DNA from: Spirochaetales bacterium
Lineage (GTDB): Bacteria; Spirochaetota; Spirochaetia; JABEVK01
Length of the DNA stretch: 64,000 nt
NCBI GenBank assembly: GCA_037142615.1
Contig: JBAXAI010000017.1
Coordinates: 13,437-77,436, forward strand
Reading direction: 5' to 3'
In this document: positions 30,499 through 39,481 of the stretch, in pieces
Position numbering within the stretch: position 1 is the first letter of the stretch
Layout of the letters: every line of letters begins with the position of its first letter
Position numbers and translations under genes: made by a program
The notes under the pieces: model-generated
Seen by the model: only the letters and a program-made list of their open reading frames with translations
Database searches by the model: none
What the model was told of the DNA's origin: nothing

Positions 30499-31535
30499 CA
30501 CTCGGCCTTTTGGTCGAACAGGTCGCTCGAGAAGCTCAGGTACTTGGTCGGGTCAACCACCTGGGTGCCGATGCGCACTTCGTAATGCAGGTGAGGTCCG
30601 GTGGAAAGGCCGGTTGAACCCAGGAACCCGATGACCTGCCCACGCACGATATCTTGTCCTTTGGTGACTGCGATGCGGGAAAGGTGACCGTAGCGGGTCG
30701 AGAATCCGTAGTTGTGTTTGATGTCGATGTAGTTTCCAAAGCCCAGCGCTTCGTAGTCGGTTTTGAGCACCTTGCCGTTGGCCGTGGCCACGACAGGCGT
30801 TCCTTGTTGCTGGGCGATGTCGATGCCCTTGTGGAGGTACCACTGGCCCGTGAACGGGTGAACTGAGGGGCCAAAGGGAGTCGTGATCCAGCCGCGTACG
30901 TTGGCCAGCGGCCACAGCGTCGGAATGTCTAGCAACAAGGACTTTTGCGACGACAGAGCGCTGCTCACCTGGGCCAGCGGCCCCGTCGTATCAGCTAGGT
31001 ACGACTGAAGGTTCTTGAGCTCGCCGATTTCGCGGACGGCTCCCTGATCGACCTCCTGCAGACTCAAGAGCGAAGCGAGGTCGCCCCGCACTTGAGGGTC
31101 CACGGTAGGTTTATGGATGGGAACGCCAACCACGCTGAGCGTGGCGTTGAGTGAGTTCTCGAATTGCTTGGCCACGGTGCGCAGTTGCGCGACCTCTTCG
31201 CGAACGCGGTCGAGGTTGGACTGCGACGATTCCAGAGTGTCGGATTTTTGGGCCAAGAGCCGGTTGAGGCCGGTGTAGCTGGCGGAATACCAGAGCAACG
31301 CGGCCAGCAGACACGTGGCCAGAAGCGCCAAAAAACCAATGGCGAACACCGAGATCTTGAAGTTCACGATGCGCTTTTCCGAGTGAGGAATGAGCATGAT
31401 CGTGAAGTTCTGCCGCCCAACGGTCCAGACCCGCTTCCAAAAGGCCACCAAGCGTTGGAACAGCCCCCGGTAGCCCTTTTTGACACTTTGGGCTACCTGC
31501 GCCTCCATCTGTTTGTATTGCCTGACAGGTGACAA
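30498..31535 (-). CDS. M23 family peptidoglycan endopeptidase (TM + coiled coil + M23)
   Basis: HKGID, YGHL, STGPHLHYEV. Confidence 0.93.
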   Translation of the reverse strand: MSPVRQYKQMEAQVAQSVKKGYRGLFQRLVAFWKRVWTVGRQNFTIMLIPHSEKRIVNFKISVFAIGFLALLATCLLAALLWYSASYTGLNRLLAQKSDTLESSQSNLDRVREEVAQLRTVAKQFENSLNATLSVVGVPIHKPTVDPQVRGDLASLLSLQEVDQGAVREIGELKNLQSYLADTTGPLAQVSSALSSQKSLLLDIPTLWPLANVRGWITTPFGPSVHPFTGQWYLHKGIDIAQQQGTPVVATANGKVLKTDYEALGFGNYIDIKHNYGFSTRYGHLSRIAVTKGQDIVRGQVIGFLGSTGLSTGPHLHYEVRIGTQVVDPTKYLSFSSDLFDQKAE

Positions 31536-31700
31536 GCCCTATTCCCTCCGGAACACACGAACTCTATCTTGACAAGCTACCTTCAAAGAACCCCTTTGTC
31601 AATTCAAGGTTGACCAACCGGATCATCTGTTGTAAATTTGAGCCGAAGATCGTTTCTTCCCATCCCCGACAAGTTTGTTTTGCCTCTTCCGGAGCGTTCC

Positions 31701-32480
31701 ATGAAACTGTTTGACACACACTCGCATATGAGCCTCATCCATGACGACCACATCGAACAGTTGCTCTTGGCCCAGGAGGCCAAACGCGAAAACGTTCTAG
31801 GTATCCTGAGCATTACCAACAACATCCAGGACTTCTTTGTGGTCCACGAGAACCTCAAGACCGCGTCGAATATTTACTACGCTATTGGTGTTTCCCCGTC
31901 GGAAGTGTCACACCCTGGCCGCGATTGGGAACAGAAGGTGATGCAGGGGGCCCTACTCGACCGCGTGGTGGCCATCGGTGAAACAGGTCTCGATTACGAA
32001 AAGAAATACGGTGACAAGAAGAGTCAGATTGACCTGTTCCTGAAGCAGTTGGAGTTGGCGGGACGCCTGAACCTGCCCGTGATCGTGCACAACCGGGGGG
32101 CCGGCGACGACGTGCTGGCGATTCTGCGCGACAAGCTGCCCAGCCGGGGCGCCATTTTGCATTGCTACAGCGAGGACGTGGCCTTTGTGCACAAGGCTCT
32201 CGACCTGAACGTGTACATCAGTTTTGCCGGCAACGTGACCTACCGCAACGCCCGGACCATCCAGGAAACCGCCATCGAGATGCCGCTCGACCGCATGCTC
32301 ATCGAAAGTGAAAGCCCGTTCCTGATTCCCAGCGAACACCGGGGCAAGCGCAACAAGCCCAGCTACCTGCCCAGCACGCTCTACCACATCGCTGAACTGC
32401 GCAATGAAGACCCCGAGAGAGTGGCTGACCAGATTTGGGAGAACTCTTTGGCGGTTTTCGGGCTCACTGGCAAACTGTAG
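31701..32480 (+). CDS. tatD: TatD family hydrolase
   Basis: FDTHSH, AIGETGLDY, IVHNR, LHCYS, IESESPFL. Confidence 0.9.
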   Translation: MKLFDTHSHMSLIHDDHIEQLLLAQEAKRENVLGILSITNNIQDFFVVHENLKTASNIYYAIGVSPSEVSHPGRDWEQKVMQGALLDRVVAIGETGLDYEKKYGDKKSQIDLFLKQLELAGRLNLPVIVHNRGAGDDVLAILRDKLPSRGAILHCYSEDVAFVHKALDLNVYISFAGNVTYRNARTIQETAIEMPLDRMLIESESPFLIPSEHRGKRNKPSYLPSTLYHIAELRNEDPERVADQIWENSLAVFGLTGKL

Positions 32481-32496
32481 CTAGCCGAACTTAGCC

Positions 32497-33294
32497 CTAC
32501 AGGTCGAGCGTCACGCTCACCGGGCAGTGGTCGCTGCCCATGACCGACGGGTGGATTTCGGCGGCTTTGACCTTGTCTTTGAGGCTAGCCGAGACCATCA
32601 CGTAATCGATGCGCCAGCCTGAGTTGTTGGCGCGGGCGTTGCCGAAGTTGCTCCACCAGCTATAGTGACCGTTGCCTTGGGTGAAAAGGCGGAAGCTGTC
32701 GACGAATCCAGCATCGACCATGGCCTGGAAGCCCGAGCGCTCCTCGTCGGTGAAGCCGTGTTTGCCCCGGTTGCTCTTGGGGTTGGCGAGGTCGAGCTCG
32801 GTGTGGGCCACATTGAAGTCACCGCAAAACACCACCGGCTTGGTCTTTTCGAGCTGCTTGCAGTAGGCCAAGAAAGCCGGATCCCATTGCTTTTGGCGCA
32901 AGGGAACGCGACTGAGGTCTTCCTTGGCGTTGGGCGTGTACACCGTCACAACAAACAATTGCGGATATTCCACCGCCAGCACGCGGCCCTCCGTATTTGG
33001 GTCGCCGTACGCATCGGGAGCCATCGAGAACTGCTTCTGGATGTCGTCTGGGATTCCGTTGCGCACCGACAGCGGTGCCGTCTTGCTGAGCACCGCGGTG
33101 CCGGAGTAGCCCTTCTTGACGGCCGAGTACCAGAACTCCTGATAACCAGGCGCGTTGACGTCGGCCTCACCGGCCTGAGCCTTGGTCTCTTGCACGCAAA
33201 ACACATCGGGGTTGTTGCTGGCAAGAAAGGGGAGCAGCGCGTCTTTTTTGAGCACCGAACGGATGCCGTTGACGTTCCAGGACGTGATTTTCAT
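32497..33294 (-). CDS. xth: Exodeoxyribonuclease III
   Basis: SWNVNGIR, QETK, CGDFNVAH, GWRIDY, GSDHCPV. Confidence 0.96.
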   Translation of the reverse strand: MKITSWNVNGIRSVLKKDALLPFLASNNPDVFCVQETKAQAGEADVNAPGYQEFWYSAVKKGYSGTAVLSKTAPLSVRNGIPDDIQKQFSMAPDAYGDPNTEGRVLAVEYPQLFVVTVYTPNAKEDLSRVPLRQKQWDPAFLAYCKQLEKTKPVVFCGDFNVAHTELDLANPKSNRGKHGFTDEERSGFQAMVDAGFVDSFRLFTQGNGHYSWWSNFGNARANNSGWRIDYVMVSASLKDKVKAAEIHPSVMGSDHCPVSVTLDL

Positions 33295-33403
33295 CGGCAA
33301 AGGATAGCTTACCAGAAGAGTTTGAGTCCATGGGGCTCGAAGCCGGCCAGGCGACGGTCGCGACTGACGAGCACCAATTTGCGGGTAAAGCCAAGGCCGC
33401 CTT

Positions 33404-33452
33404 GACCCGCTTTTGGGTTGACCTGCCACTTGCTGCCAAGAACGGGAAGGTA
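33404..33452 (+). repeat. 49-bp direct repeat, copy 1
   Basis: GACCCGCTTTTGGGTTGACCTGCCACTTGCTGCCAAGAACGGGAAGGTA, identical to 35500-35548. Confidence 0.9.
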
Positions 33453-33767
33453 GTACTTTGCCGGTGAACCTGGGAAGTCACGAACGCGCCCTCGGTCGCG
33501 ATGTTCTTGGCCCAGCCCGAGTACGAAACCTTGCTCTGGCCATCGGTACCGCTTCCCGCCACAAGGCAGGCGGCCACCTGCTCTCCGGAACCCCATGACA
33601 CGTCCATCGCTTGATGCGCGACAGGTTTCCCGGCGGCGAATTCCTGCGCCGTCACAGCGAGTTTACCAGCTTGGGTAGCTCGTTCAGGTGCCAGGGTGAC
33701 CACGTTTCCGTCGATGGCACGAGACCAATAGAATCGACACAACAAGTGTTATAAGGGATACCTTCAT
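33453..33767 (-). pseudogene. Frameshifted lipoprotein gene remnant
   Basis: TTGACT-17-TAGTGT promoter, then MKVSLITLVVSILLVSC lipoprotein signal, stop after 27 codons; another frame continues IDGNVVTLAPE... Confidence 0.55.
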
Positions 33768-33925
33768 AGGAACGAACACTAGCGAAGGTGTGCCAGCGAG
33801 TCAATCCTCGACAGCCGTAAATCGTCGCTGCCTCTGGACTTAACGGGAATAAACCAGATCGGGGGCCACAGCGCGTTGAGGCTTGCACCCTTGACACCCA
33901 AGAAGGGGGCATCCAGACTGTCCGC

Positions 33926-35554
33926 ATGACCTTGGAGAACGCGCGAGATACTCCTGACTCCCAGGCAACGACACCGTTTGAAGCGTCCCTGCGGTGGCGG
34001 ACTCTGAACTATGTTTTGCTTGTCCTCTTCATCGCAGCCACAGCTCTGCTGCTCTACAACCTCCAGTTTGGCTCCATCTTCTCGCTTGTTTCGCTGGGCC
34101 TTCTTGACTCGCTATGCTTGGTCTCGTTTGGGCTCAATTCGCGCGGACATTACCGTTTTGCCGCGATCCTCTGCATCGTGGCAAGTCTTCTTGCTGTAAA
34201 CTTCAATGTCTACGACGGCTACGGTCTGTTTGATTCCGGCGTGGTCGCGTATCCGATCTTCATTATCCTCGGCGCGATGCTGCTGGGGCGTCGCACGGTG
34301 CCCTGGCTCTCGATTGCAGCCCTGGCTTCGCTGGGGTTGATCACCTACCTGCAGTGGTCTGGCTTGATTTCCGTCAGGGCCAAGGCAGAGAAGATCGGTG
34401 GGGTACTTCCCCTGAGCATTCTTACTTTGATTGCAGGCCTGCTGGTCAGTGCCATCATGGGGGCGATGGAACGAAGCTTGGGACAACTCAGGCGCGCCGA
34501 GTCGGAGCTACGCGTCGCCAATGGTTCACTCGAAGCAAGGGTCAACCAGAGGGAGGCCGAACTGCGTGAGCTTCAGGGACGTTTGATTGAAGATGAGAAA
34601 CTGGCCACCTTGGGCCGTGTGACAGCAGCCGTCGCGCACGAAATGAACTCTCCGATTGCCGCGATGGTCTCGATGTCGGGTAGCACGGAGGAGTCGCTGG
34701 CGCAACTGCAGAAGTCACTGACAGTTCTCGTGAGCCAAAGTACGCAGGAAGAGCGGGAGGCCTTCTTGGCCCTGCTCAATGCCCGGCAGACCTATCCACC
34801 CGGTTCCGAGCGAGATGCGCGCAAGCTGGCCTTGGCGGAAGTAGAGCGGTGGGGCTTTGCCGACGCTCCGGCATTGGCGGACCTGCTTCTCGGCTTTCGA
34901 GTCCCGGTGACGCAAGAAAACGCCCAGCGGATCGCTGTGGCGGTGACGACAACGGCAGGACGGGCATCGGCCGACGTCTTGTTCCGCATGGCAGACTTGG
35001 AAGAAGCGTCTCTTGTTATTCGCGACGCCGCCCTCAAGCAGAGTCGGGTCGTCGACTCCCTTCGGGCGAGTCTCCTTGCGGGGAACCCAACCTCGAGGGT
35101 GGAACTTGACCTAGCGGGAGAGGTCGGTGCTGCCGTGAAAGGTTTCGTTTCGAGGCAGAGGACCGAAACTGATGTCAGTTTCACTTCCCGGGGGAACGTG
35201 GTCGTCGAGGGAAACTCTGGTCGCTTGGGGCTGGTCTGGTTGAATCTCCTGAAGAATGCGGTGGAAGCGGCCGGCCCGTCGGGACGTGTCAGCGTAGAAG
35301 TGATTCCCTTGGCAACGACCGCGAGGGTGGAAGTTCGCGATTCGGGCCCTGGCATCCCCATTGAGAATCACAGCCAAATCTTCAAGCCCTTCTTCACAAC
35401 CAGGAGCCTAGGAACAGGTCTCGGTCTGGGCCTCACGACAGCCAACCGGGTCGTGCTGGACCATGGTGGTACCATCAGCTTTAGCAGCGAACCGGGAGAG
35501 ACCCGCTTTTGGGTTGACCTGCCACTTGCTGCCAAGAACGGGAAGGTACCCTAA
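33926..35554 (+). CDS. Membrane sensor histidine kinase (orphan)
   Basis: Multi-TM N-terminus, AHEMNSP H-box, NLLKNA, DSGPGI, FKPFFTT, GLGLGL. Confidence 0.92.
   Translation: MTLENARDTPDSQATTPFEASLRWRTLNYVLLVLFIAATALLLYNLQFGSIFSLVSLGLLDSLCLVSFGLNSRGHYRFAAILCIVASLLAVNFNVYDGYGLFDSGVVAYPIFIILGAMLLGRRTVPWLSIAALASLGLITYLQWSGLISVRAKAEKIGGVLPLSILTLIAGLLVSAIMGAMERSLGQLRRAESELRVANGSLEARVNQREAELRELQGRLIEDEKLATLGRVTAAVAHEMNSPIAAMVSMSGSTEESLAQLQKSLTVLVSQSTQEEREAFLALLNARQTYPPGSERDARKLALAEVERWGFADAPALADLLLGFRVPVTQENAQRIAVAVTTTAGRASADVLFRMADLEEASLVIRDAALKQSRVVDSLRASLLAGNPTSRVELDLAGEVGAAVKGFVSRQRTETDVSFTSRGNVVVEGNSGRLGLVWLNLLKNAVEAAGPSGRVSVEVIPLATTARVEVRDSGPGIPIENHSQIFKPFFTTRSLGTGLGLGLTTANRVVLDHGGTISFSSEPGETRFWVDLPLAAKNGKVP
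35500..35548 (+). repeat. 49-bp direct repeat, copy 2 (3' end of kinase gene)
   Basis: Identical to 33404-33452. Confidence 0.9.
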
Positions 35555-36723
35555 AACAGCAGGTTCAGCGTGATGACGGTGAGGTTGCTCTCGCGGATCT
35601 GGTTGACGAGGCTTTCGAAGTGGACGCCGACTTTTTGGCATTCCTCGGACAAGTAGCTGAGGTAGTACAAGCCGAGTTCGGTGTTGGCACCCGCGTCACC
35701 GGGGGTGTCTTTGTAAAAGTCCATCAGGCTGCGAAGTTTGACGTCGGCAGTTTTGGTTTCATCGACGCTCTTCTTGGTTTCGAGGAAGGCGGCGTCCTTA
35801 TTATAGATCTTGACCTGCAGTTTTTCGCGGCTACCGACGGCGCGGCTGGTCTCGCCCCCGACCTTCCAGCTGAGAAACACGTTCTGGCTGCGGGCCCGCA
35901 TTTCTTCGACGATCATTTTGCGCATTTCAGGGTCGTACATCACGGCCATCGGGTCGAGCGTTCCCTTGTAGCGGTTCTTGGCGAAAGTTTGCAGGTTGGT
36001 GTTTTCGGCCATGATGGCCAGTTCCATGGTCATCAGGCTCAGGTACTCGGCGATCTTGCTCTTGACCATGAAGTCCTTGAGGATGCCTTCGATCTCGTTG
36101 AGCAAGAGCGGCAAATCGTCGCTGTCTTTGAACTTGACAAGGATGAACCAGATGAACGGCCTGAGGGTGGTGAGGAACTTGTCGGCGAGAAAAATCTGGA
36201 TGTTTTTTTCTTCGGGCAACAGCGTGTCGTTGGCCTGAACGGTCTGCACGATGACCGCGAGGATTTCCTGCTTGATGGCGCCCACAATGGCACGGTTCTT
36301 GTCGAGCGATGCGGCGAGCGCAGTCTCGCCGAGATTGGTCTTTCGGTCGATGATGCTGCCTGAGTTGGAACGGTTCCACTTGCGCACCACCTCGGAGTCG
36401 ATGACCTTGGTGAACACGATTTCGTCGAAACGGCGGTAGAGGGTACCGTAGGTGATGAGCTTGGACAGGTCCATGACATCCTGGCGCTTGCTCATGAACT
36501 CGGGGCGGCTGATCTCCAGGTTCTGCACGTAGTTGATCAGGAGCATCTTCTGCACCGAGGCGGGACTGAACGTGTCGAAGTAAATGCCGTACTGCTCAAC
36601 ATCGTCGGCGAGCTTGAACTTGGTGAGTTTCTTGTTGCTCTTGATGAAGAAGTTGATGCCGTCTTCGTTGAAGATGATCTTCATCGGGAGTTCCAAGATT
36701 TTTTTTCGTTTTTCTTCGGCCAT
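35551..36723 (-). CDS. Hypothetical cytoplasmic protein, possible degenerate HATPase-like C-terminus
   Basis: 390-aa ORF with host-like codon usage; ELAIMAE and LGLYYL weakly recall the N and G2 boxes. Confidence 0.8.
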   Translation of the reverse strand: MAEEKRKKILELPMKIIFNEDGINFFIKSNKKLTKFKLADDVEQYGIYFDTFSPASVQKMLLINYVQNLEISRPEFMSKRQDVMDLSKLITYGTLYRRFDEIVFTKVIDSEVVRKWNRSNSGSIIDRKTNLGETALAASLDKNRAIVGAIKQEILAVIVQTVQANDTLLPEEKNIQIFLADKFLTTLRPFIWFILVKFKDSDDLPLLLNEIEGILKDFMVKSKIAEYLSLMTMELAIMAENTNLQTFAKNRYKGTLDPMAVMYDPEMRKMIVEEMRARSQNVFLSWKVGGETSRAVGSREKLQVKIYNKDAAFLETKKSVDETKTADVKLRSLMDFYKDTPGDAGANTELGLYYLSYLSEECQKVGVHFESLVNQIRESNLTVITLNLLF

Positions 36724-36733
36724 CAGAGCAACC

Positions 36734-37246
36734 TTACCAATGCTCGTACGAAACCAAACGGCCCAAAGGCAGGCGGCTGTGTTCCATGGTCATTGTTTCG
36801 CCGGGAAAACCCACGAGAAGTAGCAGGACCACTCGCATCGAGTACGGGACAGTGAGAAGATCACGAATCTCGTCTTCGTTGAAGGTTGTGTTGATGCAGG
36901 TGCCGAAACCTTCACGCACGGCCTGCAAACCCATGAAGGCGGCGCTCATGGCCAGATCGATAGGATAACTGAGCTGGCCATTGGGCATGCGGTAGTCGAT
37001 GTTGGTGCTGCAGACGGCGATGATAGCACTCGCCTGACCCACGCCGGGCTCGTTGTAGGCGGCTTCTTGGAACTTTCGTCGAAGCTCGGCGTCTTGAACC
37101 ACAACAAAACGCCAAGGCTGGCGGTTCTTGGCCGAAGGAGCGAGCCGACCCGCTTCGAGAATGCGCTGCAGCGCCTCGGGATCCATCGATCCTTCCCGGA
37201 ACTGGTGCACACTGTAGCGATTGAGGATTTCGGGAAGAAGGTCCAT
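36734..37246 (-). CDS. Nitroreductase family protein
   Basis: RYSV, APSAKNRQPWRF, GFGTC. Confidence 0.92.
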   Translation of the reverse strand: MDLLPEILNRYSVHQFREGSMDPEALQRILEAGRLAPSAKNRQPWRFVVVQDAELRRKFQEAAYNEPGVGQASAIIAVCSTNIDYRMPNGQLSYPIDLAMSAAFMGLQAVREGFGTCINTTFNEDEIRDLLTVPYSMRVVLLLLVGFPGETMTMEHSRLPLGRLVSYEHW

Positions 37247-37311
37247 TCAGTGTCCTTCGGGGCAGTATACACGAACTTGTGCAAGTGTCAAAGATGTCTT
37301 ATTTTAGTGTG

Positions 37312-39468
37312 GTGAAACGCGTCGCCTGGCTCCGTGTATCTTCCTTGCTGGCAACGCTCCTGGGGTTCTCGCTGACGCTGTCGGCGGCCCCGGCCAGCCT
37401 GCCCGACGCTTCCGATTTTCCAGCGGTGCTGAGCCGTTTGGAAGCTCAAGGGGTCCGTGGTGAAGGTAGCCCGGCAGAAGCTCGGGTGTTCCAGGACCTC
37501 AGAAAGTGGTTCGAGAGGCGCGCCGTCGGTCTCGTTGTCACGGATTTTCAGCAGCAGCAGGACTTTCATAGTTTCTCGAAGTCTTTGTGGTTCCGGGTGG
37601 CAGGGCGCAAACCAGGCGAGCTGGTGGTGGTGGTTCCCACCGACGGACTGCCGGGGCAAAGCAATAATGCAGGGCTCGCATGGGCCATAGCTTGGGCCGA
37701 TCGGGCGCTGAACATTCCCCCGCCGGTATCGATCACCTACTTTTTCACGGGGGCCCAGCGAGGCGCCGGGACGTTGATGGCCCGGGGCACGGGCCCCTTC
37801 CTCAAGGACTTCTTTCCAGAGACCCCCGCTGCGGCGGTCGTTCTTGACCTGGACAACCTGAGCACCCCGATCGACCTCAATACCGGGTCAGGCGCTTTTC
37901 CGTCGCCCATCTGGCTCAGCCAGGGCCTTCTCGAGGCGCTCCAGGCCGGGGGCTTCCTGCCCGAAATCCAGGGAACCCAGCCGCAGATTTTCCGCTTTGA
38001 CCTGCCTGAAAAGCGCAACCTGATGCAGCCTTGGTTCGACCGCGACATTCCCGCCTTGTTGCTGACCAACTCGGCCAGCCGGTCGTACCCGCCACCCGAA
38101 GTGGTCCAACGTGACTTTCCGCAGTCGATGACGAGGTTCCTCGATGCGCTGGCCACCGGAATCCCGGGCTATTGGGACAAGCATTACCTGTACTTTCACC
38201 TGGGGGACCTGAAGTTCTTTCTCAGCCAGCAAACCTATCTGATCGGATTGCTGGGCATTCTAGGCATCGTCCTGTTGGTGTTCCTGCTGTTTGCCACGTC
38301 GCTTCAGCGGGACCTGGGGTCGTTGCTTCGGGGCTTGTGGCAGTTGCCAGTATTCTTCTCGTTCTTGTTTCTGTTCCTCTATTCTGGAACGTGGTGGACG
38401 AGCGAACTGTTCATTGCCCGTGGTTTTCCAGACTTTTGGAAGTACAGCGCGTTGCCGGTGCTGTTGCTCAAAGTGAGCGTCGCTATCGGCTTGTATTTTG
38501 GCATCTTCCTGCAGTTCCGGCGGCTACCTTTGTCGCGTTGGCCGGGTTTCTACAGCTATGCGGCCCTGCTGGTGTTGGGTCTTGGGGTACTGGTTTCGGC
38601 GGCCATTGAGCTCTCCTTTTCGTTTTACTTCCTCTGGGCACTTGTTTTTGCCGCGCTCTTTCACCTGGTGCCGTGGAGGCCGTTGAAGTTCGTGGCCTTT
38701 GCGCTGTCGCCGTTGTGGTTCGTGAAGTCGTTTCTGGAAATCTTCTGGTTGGCGCCGGATCCGGAGATGATTCGCATCACCCTTGTGTCGGGATTCGCGG
38801 GCAATCTGGCCCTGGCGGCAGTGCTTTTTCCGTTCCTTTTGCTGGTCAATTCGTATCACTACACCCGCCATCAGCGGCAGGAGCGCAACGAGAAACACCG
38901 TTCACGGTTGAATCTGGGGGTGTGGGTGGCCACTTCGGCCGTGCTTTCGCTGGTGCTTCTCCGGCTTGATCCATTTGCCGGTTCAGCGGTGCCGCTCATG
39001 CGCCAGGAGACCCTGGACCTGTCGGCGGGTACACGCTACGAAGAGGCCTTTACCCCGGTGGCATCGGGTTTGCCGGCGCGCCAGGAACTGCCGTACCTCA
39101 ACGGCGTTTGGGACACTGTCGTGAGCCGTGAAGCGTTCCTGGACCGTCTGGTTTGGCGCATCCGGTTTCAGGCGTTTGAACAGCCCGAAACCGTGACGCT
39201 TTCACTGACCGGCGACAACAGCCTGCTTGTCTACGACGCCAACTTCCCCTACACCATTGACGCGACCGGGACAAAAGTCAGCATCCTCGTGGGCCGAACC
39301 CCACCCAAGGGCTTCGATCTTTCACTCACGCTGGGCGCGAAGGTGAAAGCCGACCTCAAGGTCAGCGCCCTGTTCACCGAGCCGAGCGACCGCGAATGGC
39401 GGTTGGGACGCTGGTACGACACCACCCGGCGTATCCGGGTCAGCGATGTGAGGAGTTTGGCGCCGTGA
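37312..39468 (+). CDS. Membrane protein with M28-peptidase-like periplasmic domain and multi-TM region
   Basis: Signal peptide, M28-like beta/alpha pattern, about 9 TM helices, soluble C-terminus; start uncertain (37279/37294/37312). Confidence 0.7.
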   Translation: MKRVAWLRVSSLLATLLGFSLTLSAAPASLPDASDFPAVLSRLEAQGVRGEGSPAEARVFQDLRKWFERRAVGLVVTDFQQQQDFHSFSKSLWFRVAGRKPGELVVVVPTDGLPGQSNNAGLAWAIAWADRALNIPPPVSITYFFTGAQRGAGTLMARGTGPFLKDFFPETPAAAVVLDLDNLSTPIDLNTGSGAFPSPIWLSQGLLEALQAGGFLPEIQGTQPQIFRFDLPEKRNLMQPWFDRDIPALLLTNSASRSYPPPEVVQRDFPQSMTRFLDALATGIPGYWDKHYLYFHLGDLKFFLSQQTYLIGLLGILGIVLLVFLLFATSLQRDLGSLLRGLWQLPVFFSFLFLFLYSGTWWTSELFIARGFPDFWKYSALPVLLLKVSVAIGLYFGIFLQFRRLPLSRWPGFYSYAALLVLGLGVLVSAAIELSFSFYFLWALVFAALFHLVPWRPLKFVAFALSPLWFVKSFLEIFWLAPDPEMIRITLVSGFAGNLALAAVLFPFLLLVNSYHYTRHQRQERNEKHRSRLNLGVWVATSAVLSLVLLRLDPFAGSAVPLMRQETLDLSAGTRYEEAFTPVASGLPARQELPYLNGVWDTVVSREAFLDRLVWRIRFQAFEQPETVTLSLTGDNSLLVYDANFPYTIDATGTKVSILVGRTPPKGFDLSLTLGAKVKADLKVSALFTEPSDREWRLGRWYDTTRRIRVSDVRSLAP

Positions 39469-39481
39469 ACCGGAGTCGGAG

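Noticed and set aside
30019-31535. M23 peptidase-bactofilin pairing
   Set aside because: Already described as a widespread cell-shape module.
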